Source of the DNA: the human T2T-CHM13v2.0 reference genome, Homo sapiens
Direction: 5' to 3' (one strand)
NCBI RefSeq assembly: GCF_009914755.1
Contig: NC_060943.1
Length of the DNA stretch: 64,000 nt
Part shown: positions 52,011 to 64,000 of the stretch, piece by piece
How positions within the stretch are numbered: the stretch's first letter is position 1
How the letters are laid out: the number at the start of each line of letters is the position of its first letter
Made by a program: the position numbers and the translations under genes
Notes under the pieces: model-generated
Seen by the model: the letters and a program-made list of their open reading frames with translations, nothing else
What the model was told of the DNA's origin: nothing
Database searches by the model: none

Positions 52011-53777
52011 TTTTTTTCTTTGTCCTTCTCCATAAGCTCTAAGAATCATTTGTGCTGGGATTGTGTCTTAATATTCTCATCTCTATGCATGGCATTTTTC
52101 CCAGAGCTGTTGGCTGACGACTGGTCAAATCCAAGACCTTGATCTCATTAGCACTATCCTCCCACCAGCTCCCAGTCGTCCTAGAAGTGCTTAGAGGTGG
52201 AGGCACAGCCAGTGCCAATTCCAAGATTTCTCGAAGAAGTCTTAGGAGGGTAATACTTTCCTCACTGTATATTTGCTATATAGAGCTAGCGCTACCCAGT
52301 GGGACAGTGGCAAACCCTTTTGGTTGCCTAACCAACAGCTCTTCCCCACTTCTTTCCTGTTGGCAGGGACTATGTTTATTTGGGTACCCAGGTCTCCAGC
52401 ATGATTTTTAATTGGGTGAAATTATCCCAGCTGCAGAGGAAAACCCCAGGTGATATGAACAAATAGTTCTCAAAATGTAATCTGTAGAATACCAGGGATC
52501 TCAGGGCCCTTTCGGGGAGCCCTTGATGTCAAAACTATTTTCATGATAATACTAAGAAATCATTTGCTTTTTTTCATGTTGACATTTGCTCTGAAGGTAA
52601 AAAAGCAATGGCGAGTAAAATTTCTGGTGCCTTGGCACCGATCAAGGCAGGGGCACCAAACTATACTAACAGACATTTCATTCTTAACTGCCATACTCAC
52701 AGTTAAAAAGTTTCAGTTTTATTTGAGAATATCTTTGATGAAATAGCAAAAACTATAATTATTATTAAATCTTGCCTCTTGAGTACACGTCATTTAATTA
52801 TTCTAAGTGAAGAATGAGAAGTACAAAAAAAATCATTTCTGCTGCATACCAAAGTACAATGCATATTGACATCTCAAGGAAAAGCCCTTGGGCAATGGTT
52901 TATGTTGTAAACTGAACTAGCTGGCTTTTATCACGGAACACTATTTTACTTTATAGAATGTCTGACCAATTATGGCTATTCAGATTATGGTATTTGGCAT
53001 TTTTTTTTTCAAAAATGAAGAAAGGAAAATGGTTAGTAGTATTTCTTGCCAGTGATAGAATTTAAGTTTTAAAGCAAAATTATAATTTTTAGAAAAAATT
53101 GTATTTGCCACTCTGAGCTCAATAGCTCTGCAACATCTTAAGAACTTCTGATGAGATGGGTGAATATATTAACAAATATGATTTTTCAATATTGTGTAAC
53201 AAGAAATGTCAATAATGAAATATCTGCATAATTCATTGAACCACCGTATTGCCAAACAATCAATGCACGGTGTTACAAAAACATACCTGGGTAAAAATTA
53301 TTTTAAAGAGCAAGGTCGATCAATAGATATCAATGTAACAGAATATAAAAGTTCTTTGATATGGCCTCAGATTCTACACTGTATCTAATCTTTGAAAAGC
53401 TACCCCTTGTAAAGTTTTAGTGTAGTATCAAAGAAGAATGTTCACAATTGTCCAAAAGTATTATTAAAATATTCCTCCTTTTTGCAACTACATAGCTGTG
53501 TGAGGCCATATTTTTTCATGTACTTTAACCATGCAACATATTATAGCATATTGGATGCAAAAGAAGTTATGAGAAATCAGCTGTCTCTATTCAACCAGAC
53601 ATTAAAGAGAGTTACACAAGTAAAAAAGAATACTAGTCATCTCATCATTTTTTTCATGTTGGAACACATAGTTATTTTTAATAACTGCATGCTCTTTGTA
53701 TTAATATATGATAAGTTTATTTTTTACAAATAATTTTTTTTTAATTTTTTTGGTTTTAATTTCTAATGGGGTAAATT

Positions 53778-54072
53778 GGCTGGGTGTGGTTGTTCATACC
53801 TGTAATCCTAGCAATTTGGGAGGCCAAGGCAGGCAGATCACCTGAGGTCAGGAGTTTGTGACCAGTCTGGCCAACATGGTGAAACCCCATCTGTACTAAA
53901 AATACAAAAATTAGCTGGGCAAGGTGGCGTGTGCCTGTAATCCCAGCTACTAGGGAGGCTGAAGCAGGAGAATCACTTTAACCCTGGGAGGTGGAGGTTG
54001 CAGTGAGCCGAGATCATGCCACTGCACTCCAGCCTGGGTGACAGAAAGAGACTCCACCTCAAAAAAAAAAAA
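53778..54072 (+). mobile_element. AluSx-like element
   Basis: Full dimer; 15-bp TSD ttctaatggggtaaa at 53761-53775 and 54073-54087. Confidence 0.95.
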
Positions 54073-54087
54073 TTCTAATGGGGTAAA

Positions 54088-54367
54088 CATATGTATAAAT
54101 AATATATAATACAAATATTTATTATATAATATATATAAATATATAACAAATATATGTACTTTTATTATAGGTTTATTATAGATTTAGGGAGTACAAGTGC
54201 AGTTTCGTTACATGTGAATATTGCGTAGTGGCGAAGTCTGGGCTTTTAGTGCAGCCATCACTAGTGTAGCCATCACCCAAATAGTATACATGGTACCCAT
54301 TAAGTAATTTCTCATTCCTCACCCCTCTTCCACCCTCCTACCTTCTGAGTATCCAATGTCTACCATT
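54088..54367 (-). mobile_element. L1PB-like 3' end with TA-rich decayed tail
   Basis: gagtacaagtgcagtttcgttacatg...ttgcgtagtggcgaagtctgggcttttagtg...tacccattaagtaatttctcat. Confidence 0.8.
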
Positions 54368-56019
54368 TAATGGAGTAAATACTGATAGACATAATTTACA
54401 TAAACAAAAGCTTGATAATATCTGGTCAGGGCCAATCATTGTGGTTCTATTTATTAACGGTGATTGCTTTGGGCATAGGCCTGAAATGAGACGTAGTAAG
54501 GAGTTCTGCTAGGCGGAAAGTTTACTTTTATAGTGACACACGAGAAAGAGATGGTCTCTTTTCGTCCACTAGCCATCACTGGGTTGGCATGTGACAGCTA
54601 GAATTGTGGCAGTCTTCTTATATGACCACAAGCTGACACAAAGAAGGTAGTGAAGTGAAAGAATGAAAGTAACGTGGGACTTGGTCAACATTGCTGCACT
54701 GCAGGATTAACCAGCCCTGGAGCCATCTTGTCCCTAGAAGTTTTGTTACTTGTGATAACAGGGTTCCCCTATTGCTTAAGCTGTTCGCGTACAGTTTCCC
54801 TTAATAGCCAAGAGCATTCTGATATAGGAATTTGTTCCTAAACTTTAAACTTATAAAGTAACTCACAACTAGAATAAAGAGTCTTTTTTTTTCCTTTGAC
54901 TTTTTTCAGTATGGAGCTCACATTCATATCAGCCTCCAAGATCATTAGTGCTCTATGCCCAATCTCTTGGTTTTATATATTGCAGTTCATATGTGGGTAT
55001 ATGGGTTTTCCTCCTCCTAGCCCTTCCCACCATCCAAACCAGCAGAAAAATAAATAGCCATATAAAAGAGGTGAATGTTATAGACAACAAAAAACTGCCG
55101 GGATCTATGCTGCACTTCCCCCAAAGAGTCATTTCAGTCTATTAGGCACATAACGCATGTTTTAAAAAAGAACCAGTTGTAAATACATATTTGTTCAGAT
55201 GGACTGCAGCACAACAGAGAGTCTCCCGGGGAGAGAGGATGTATTTTACAACCTGCCAAAAAAGATCCTGCGAAAAGTAAAATAAGGACAAACGGAAAGG
55301 TGGAGAACCCCTCTGCCCCCAGAAGGCTGATGGAAGCACAGTCCCTCCGCAGTGTTGTTATGGTTGGCCTGACATTCTGATGCCCGGATCTCAGAGGCAG
55401 ATCTAAGAGCCACTTGTCTCCTTGATGCCTGAGAACCATTCAGCCCAAATGTGGGATTCCAGGAAGGATGATGGAGTGAGTATTCAAGTGAAAGCAGCTC
55501 CAGGCAATGGTCTTGAGCCCCAGGAGGGGGCTAATTCCTCTGGTGAAGCTGGAATGGGCTTTTTTTGGCTGTGGGGGCATGAACAGACGTGAAGAACCTC
55601 AACTCATCTGGGGTTGGTTCCAGTTGCCTCCATCAAACTTAAAGTAGCTCAGGACCTACTTTTTGTGTGTGAGTGAGGTGTCCTTATGCCAGACTACTGT
55701 CTATTACCACTGCTTTAAATAATAGCTATAGCCAGGACCCCTAGCGCCTTACACTGGAACATGCCTAGGAAGTGGCATTAGCTCAATAATTAGTCCCATT
55801 CAGGAGAGAACCTTGTGGCAGAAGCAGTGTCTAGTGCTGAATGTGAGCCCCTCGAAGTGGGGGGACCTTCTCCTATCTTTACTTTGTGGATATACTATGC
55901 CCCTTCCCTTCTGCATTTTGCCAGGATTCATGAGCTTTGGGGTATAATTGGAATCTCCCTAAGAGTAATAACTTAGTTAAAGATGTACATTTCCTATGGA
56001 GTCAGGAGGAATGTGACTG

Positions 56020-57230
<1,211 letters not shown>

Positions 57231-57274
57231 TGTCTTACCAATATGTTGAACGTAACTCCATCCATGAGTAAATA

Positions 57275-57560
57275 TCAAAAAAGTCTAGATTTGATAACGT
57301 TGCAGGGGACAACTGGCTTGGATTCTTCAACAGAATCAATATTATGGATATAAGAAGAAGAAAAAAGGTAAGGGAAATGGTATAAGTAACAGAAGACAAA
57401 AGAGACATGGTGACCAATTGCAATGTCAAATCCTTGGTTGGATCATGGGGAAAAAAATTCCCCAAAGGACAAACAGCTCAATATAATCATGGATTGTATA
57501 TTACATAATATTAATGTTTTGATACTAAATGTGTTGGGTGTGGTAATGGGACTGTGCTAT
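57275..57560 (+). mobile_element. L1ME-type 3'UTR fragment
   Basis: agagacatggtgaccaattgcaatgtcaaatccttggttggatc; atggattgtatattacataatatt. Confidence 0.6.
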
Positions 57561-58534
57561 AAGTTGCATTTATGGATGAGGGCTGCATTTGGTGACAATT
57601 CTGAGTCAACAATAATGCTTATTGTTTTCCTTATCTTCCTTTTAAAGACACAACTCATGAGAAATTAAAACAAATACATAACTTCAAGTTTATTGATAGC
57701 TGATAGGTACATACTTTTGATGTTTTATCTTAAACTACGTTTAATCTACTTCTTAACCCATTCACTAATTTTATTGACTACATTTTATTTCTAGAGCTTT
57801 ATCAATTTGATTCTTTTTAAAACATCTTTATGTTCTATTTTCAAAGTATCTTGCCTTGCCTCCACCCCAGGAGTTTAATTCTTTTTAAAGAATGTCTTAA
57901 GTGTTGAAGATCACTTAAACAAATCTACTTTATCTATTACTCTTTAAATTGACATTCCATTATCTCAACTTTGAGGCTCTAGTCCACCTATTCATTGTTT
58001 CCAAGGATACTCCTTTCTAATCTGTGCTTTCTGGTCTGCTTGGTAATTTTTGATTGAGAGTTCATTGCCATTGTCAGTGTGTTTTTCTTTTTTTCTCATG
58101 AGAAGCCCAGGTGGACAGTGTTATGAAGTTATTCTCACAGAGGTTTTATGTCCTTGGCTTCTTCCATTGTCTAGGGCCATCACTAGCTCAAGGCAAATCT
58201 TATATTAATTTTGGAGGGCTTAGAGTTTTCTGGATCCTCCAGAGATTGAAAATTTAAACTCCAAACAGTCTTAGGCTAGGGTTTTGAATTCTCAAGCAAG
58301 CATTTAGACCCAAACCAATGAGTAAGCTCCTGTCTCCTTTCCCCATGATGGTCCATAGTTTTTGTTTTTTTTTTTTCACAGAGCCTTCCTTTTAACTGAG
58401 AGTGTAGCTTTTTAAGGATCCCGTCTTCAAGTAGGGATTATGGTCCATCTCCTCTCCATACCAGCCTAAGGCCTCATCTTTAGTCTCTACATAGCCTTTA
58501 AAACTCCAGCCCTGGGGATTGCCCCAAGGAATAC

Positions 58535-59021
58535 TATTATGGGTTGAATTATGTCCCCTTAAAATTAAATATGTTTCAGTCCTAACCCCAGTACCTCAAC
58601 AACATAAGATCAAAATGTGACCTTATATGGAAACAGGGTCTTGCCAAAGGAAATCAAGTTGAAATAAGATCATTAGGGTGGGCCTTAATCCAATATGACT
58701 GATGTCCTTATAGAAAGAAAAAATTTGGGCACAGAGATAGACATGCACAGAGGGAGGAGAACTTGAAAACACACAGGGAGAGTGTCATATGAAGACAGAG
58801 GATGGAGTGATGTGTTTACAAGCCGAAGAATGCCGAGGCTAGGAGAAGCTAGGAGACAGTTGAGGCACGGTTCTTTCCTTGCACCTTCAGAGGGAGCCTG
58901 GCCCTGCGGACTCCTTGTTTCCCACCTCCTGTCCTCTGGACCTGTGAGGTGATACATTTTTGTTGTTTTAAGCCCCCTGGCATGTAGTACTTTGCTACTG
59001 CAGCCCTAAGAGATGAATACA
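58535..59021 (+). mobile_element. MLT1B/C MaLR LTR
   Basis: tattatgggttgaattatgtcccc...ttagggtgggccttaatccaatatgactgatgtcctta...cagccctaagagatgaataca. Confidence 0.88.
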
Positions 59022-59507
59022 GAAAACACCCTCCCCAGTTCCTGCCCCTCACTCTGAAGGCAGCCCTGACATCAGCACCTCACAACTCTTACGTTTAGTT
59101 TCCTCTTCACTTCCAACCCACGAAGATTCCTTTTTTCCAACCACAGCTTTGCATTGTCAATATTTTTGGATAGTTGCATGCTATGCAGTGTTTCTCTGCA
59201 CTTGTAGTGGGAGAGGTTTCATGTTATCTTAGCCCCCCCTCAGCTCACATTATGACCTTTTGGGCATTAAGAACCCAAGAAAAAATGAGCCAGGCATTTC
59301 TAGAATAAAAAGGCAATTTCTTCAAGCACGCCGCCCTCTAGGGCCATGCTGAGCCTCGCCAAGGGCAGGGCCTGGGGCATGTTGTGTTGTGTTGGAAGTG
59401 CCATGAACACGAGGCTGACAGAGGCCAGGCAAGTGACAGAAATATGCAAAGCTGGCCAGGTATATAACAGGCCAACTCTTTTGAACCCCTCAGGCTTCAT
59501 GACATAG

Positions 59508-59852
<345 letters not shown>

Positions 59853-59984
59853 TGTTTTTCTACTTTGATATTCTACTGAATATCACTTTGTTTAAAATTC
59901 TCATCTAAGGAGAACCATCATGCAAACTTAATGCTAAATGGCAACTGCCTCCAAGATCTAGAGATACTGGTGAACTCATTGTGT

Positions 59985-60197
59985 CTACCTAAAGGGCAGC
60001 TGCCACTCAGTACCTGCAGCCATTTTGTGAAATATTGTCAGATCTCTATATCTTTCAAAATAAAACAGGAATTCAGATCTTTATGTGAAATCTCCTGATT
60101 TGAAAATGTTGGCACTAAGAAAGGATTCAAAAGTTTTAAAAAATGCTTTCAGGCCCAACAACATATATTCACCTACTACTGACTTCACCAGTTTGCT
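59985..60197. mobile_element. hAT-Charlie MITE relic (Charlie18a-like)
   Basis: cagatctttatgtgaaatctcctgatttgaaaatgttggcactaa matches the recalled consensus segment. Confidence 0.55.
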
Positions 60198-61079
60198 AAA
60201 CACAATTTGATGATTGACTCTCCAAAATTACTAGCTTTATAATTTTACTGAAAAGAAAACTATTCTATGAAGCCATGGTAGAATTTTGCAGTTCTCTCTA
60301 AACCCCTTTGAAACAATTTACACATTTTTCTGTGGCAAAAAAAAAAACAAAACAAATTTTCAATGGTTGCACTTTTCTTGGTTATTTATTTCTTATAATA
60401 CAGAGAAGTCTTTGATTCTAAAGGCATGTGTTTCTTTAAGGAAAATGATAAAGAATAAAATTAATTGGAAACAGCCGTTGCTTGACCCTCAAGTTCTGAA
60501 AACAGACGGAACACTCAAGGTCAACATTGAAACTCTGAGTTTAATTTATTCTGTTGTTTTTCTTCCTTCTCCTTCCCCAGAACATTCCATATTTTGTTAG
60601 CTTCTGTCAGAGAAATATAGCTTCATTTTTATCCACCTCTTTGGGCACAGGTATTAGCCAATTGTGATGCTGAAGAGAGGTGTGATTGCCAAGTCCCTGC
60701 CGTTGGCACAGTGAAGGTGGTGCCTTCATAATACCCTCCTTTGCAGTGAAAGTCTTTTTCCTTCAGTATTGAGCAGTTGGGTCTCTCAGAACCCAACTGA
60801 GGTTGCCCACAGCCTCCATGGATGATATGTAAAATCTGCTACTTTGTGAAACACCTGTGTGGATGCTCAGTGTTGGTTACAGGTATGTCTTTAAATACAT
60901 GCCTTCTTTTCTATGCCCACTGACCTTCTATGTAGATATCCTCAGGACCTGTGGGCCCCTCTCTGACTGTCAATCTGTCTACTGTCTCACACCATCATTC
61001 TCATGATGCAGCTGGAGTCATTGATCATGACCTTGTCAATCAATCAAGTCAATCACAACCTTGATTAAAACCTTTGATG

Positions 61080-61427
<348 letters not shown>

Positions 61428-61815
61428 TTATAATATGTCCCTTACCTAATTCACCAAGCTTTCCTCCTGGCATGATGCCTCCATTCGTACTGCATTGAGC
61501 TCTTTTCTGTCTCCCCTGTCAAAGTGGCGTGTTGAACTGCATGCCTGAGTTTTGAAGAAGTACCTTTATGCACCCAACAGCATAGCTCCACACATACAAA
61601 GCAAAAAGTAATAGAAATAGAGGGTGAAAGTAATAAATCCTCAATTATATTTGGAGATATTTCCCTGAACTTTCTCGGAACTCCATAAACTAAAAATACA
61701 CAGATTAAAAGAAAAATGAGTAGTGTTATTTAAAAAATAAATAATACAAAATAAACTTGACTATATGTTGAGTGTATATGCACACACTTACTGAACAATA
61801 GAAAACACTATTTTC

Positions 61816-62485
61816 TTTTTTTTTAAGCTTTTATTTTAAGCTCGGGGGCACATGTGCAGGTTTGTTACATAGGTAAACTTGTGTCATGGGAGTTTGTTGT
61901 ACAGATTATTTAATCACCCAAGTGTTAAGCCTCGTACCCATTGGTTATTCTTCCTGATCCTCTCCCTCCTCCCACCCTCCACCCTCCAATAGGGCTAAGT
62001 GTGTGCTGTTCCTCTCTGTGGGTCCATATGTTCTTATCATTTAGCTCCCACTTGTAAGTGAGAACATGCAGTATTTGATTTTCTGTTCCTGCATTAGTTT
62101 GCCAAGGATAATGGCCTCTAGCTCCATCATGTTTCTGCAGAGGACATGATCTCATTCTTTTTTATGGCTACATAGTATTCCATGCTGTATAAGGACCACA
62201 TTTTCTTTATCCAGTCTACCATTGATGGACATTAAGGTTGATCCGAAGTCTCTGCTATTTTGAACAGTGCTGCAGTGAACATATGTGTGCATGTGTCTTT
62301 ATAATAGAATGATTTTTATTCTTTTGGATATATACCTAGTAATGGGATTGCTGGGTCAAATGATATTTCTGTCTTTAGGACTTTGAGGAATTGCCACACT
62401 GTCTTCCACAATGGTTACACTAATTTACACTCCCAGCAGCAGTGTATAAGCATTCCTTTTTCTTCACAAACTGGCCATCATCTGT
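61816..62485 (-). mobile_element. L1PA (~PA8-13) 3' end
   Basis: Poly-T then catgtgcaggtttgttacataggtaaac...ccacattttctttatccagtct...; probable TSD tattttc at 61809-61815 and 62486-62492. Confidence 0.92.
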
Positions 62486-63489
62486 TATTTTCAAACATGT
62501 GAAATACATACAGAAATGATCATGCATTTAGCCCCAAAGGAAATGTTTATAAATTCTTCAAATCAGAAATCATGAAGACAGATCATGTTAAAAATCCAGA
62601 CTTCTAAAACAATCCTTGAGTTAAAAGAGATCAAAATAAAATAAATTCACAACAAAAATGAGAGTCACCCAAATATTTTAAAAAATAAAGCTAATGGTAA
62701 CAATAAAAAACTTAAGTAAATATACTGGAAAAGAGAAATGGGTGCAATTAAATTAACATGCAACTCAAGAAGACAGAAAAGGAACAATATTATAAACCCA
62801 AAGAAAGTAGGACATGGTTAATGATAATAACAAATCTGAAATTAATGCAGTAAAACAATAGCTTTAATACCTGATTCTTTGAAAAGACAAAAATATCAGA
62901 TCTATATGGTCAAGAAGAAATAGTATATACATAAGATAAATGATATTCAAAATGAGGAGGATAATATAACTTCAGATAATGAGGAGATTATAAAATTAAG
63001 TGGGCATTATTACATTCTAAAATATAGTCACAATCAAAGTATTTCTAATAAATACAAATTACCAAGATTGAATCAAATGGATGACCAGAAAAGCCCAAAA
63101 TTTCTGAAAGAAATTTGTAAAAATAGTGAAAATAATTTCTTAAAAATTGCATCAGACCTAGAGTATTTGCAGATAAACTGTACCAAACCTTAAAAACAAA
63201 CAAACAAACAAACAAACAAACAGAAAATCCTATATTCCAGGGCCTGGAAAACCATGGAAACCTTCCCAACTTATTTTACAATGGTGATATTTCCCTTCCC
63301 TATTTCTCTTCTACAAGAGTAGAATAAATTTTTAAATTATATGTATGAGCATAGATACAGAAACTCAAAATAAAACATATTCATTTTGCTTTTTACTTAG
63401 TTGAGTTTATTTTAAGAATAAAAGGATAGTTAACCTGATGAAATATACTAGTATCAGTAACAAAATTCACAATTTAAAATAGAAATCCT

Positions 63490-63788
63490 GGTCAGGAGAG
63501 GTGGCTCACACCTCTAATCCCAGCATTTTGGGAGACCAAGGTGGGTGGATCACCTGAGGTCAGGAGTTCACGACAAGACTGGCCAACATGGTGAAACCCC
63601 GTCTCTACTAAAAATACAAAAATTTGCCAGGTGAAGTGGTGCATGCCTGTAATCCCAGCTACTCGGGAGGCTGAGCAGGAGAATCTCTTGAATCCAGGAG
63701 GCAGAGGTTTCAGCAAGCCAAGATCGCACCACCACACTCCATCCTGGGAAGAGAGCAAGGCTTTGTTTCAAATAAAAAAGAAAAGAAA
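63490..63788 (+). mobile_element. AluS element
   Basis: Full dimer; TSD agaaatcct at 63481-63489 and 63789-63797. Confidence 0.95.
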
Positions 63789-64000
63789 AGAAATCCTATG
63801 TAAAGATGCACTAAATAAAATTAATCTCTCATTTGTGAAAGTCACAGTAAGCTAAGAAAAGAAGAAAACTTAACCCAATAAAAAGTTTGAGAAATCCAAA
63901 TTCATGCTGCAAAATTTAAAAAAAAAATGTTTTATTTGAAGTCTAGAAACTAAACAAGATGCTTATTGAAATCCCAGCCACTGAATATGGAAATAGAATT

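Larger units (their letters stand above)
52460..54412 (+). mobile_element. Charlie1a-like hAT DNA transposon fossil (interrupted by Alu and L1PB)
   Basis: tagttctcaaaatgt...tcaaaactattttcatgataatactaaga...ttgacatttgctctga...aaagcaatggcgagtaaaa; decayed transposase segment near 52840-52920; resumes at ~54368. Confidence 0.8.
52300..54826 (+). mobile_element. old MLT1-type LTR split by Charlie1a (pieces ~52300-52450 and ~54420-54826)
   Basis: 5' tggcaaacccttttggttgcctaaccaacagc; 3' attaaccagccctggagc...attgcttaagctgtt...gcattctgatata. Confidence 0.55.
61560..64000 (+). mobile_element. old L1M ORF2 relic (hosts an L1PA and an Alu)
   Basis: A-rich sequence with L1 ORF2 endonuclease/RT remnants (caattatatttggagat, tgcaactcaagaagacagaaaagg, accttcccaacttatttt, agatgcactaaataaaatt). 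Confidence 0.7.

Overview
Primate (most likely human or hominoid) genomic DNA with no recognisable protein-coding gene, RNA gene or CpG island. It reads as intergenic or deep-intronic sequence. Much of it is interspersed repeat: about 10 Alu/FLAM copies, many with visible target-site duplications (TSDs); L1PA/PB/MB/ME fragments; L2 and MIR relics; MaLR LTRs (MST, THE1, MLT1); a MER21-like LTR; two independent MER41B-like solo LTRs with four intact GAS/STAT motifs; and hAT-Charlie fossils. An ~830 bp polypyrimidine tract and a (GAT/GGT)n tract are also present. The ORF-track entries are best explained as chance, repeat-derived or low-complexity ORFs. The most unusual signal is a cluster of locally templated insertions at ~39.7-50.6 kb, where three inserts of 19-135 bp match donors 1.2-2.3 kb away. 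Also notable are a 59-bp tripartite inverted micro-L1, the paired MER41B GAS cassette flanking a homeobox-motif-rich unique block, and a strong CTCF motif. I found no convincing new gene system. Repeat subfamily names come from recalled consensus sequences, not a database search.
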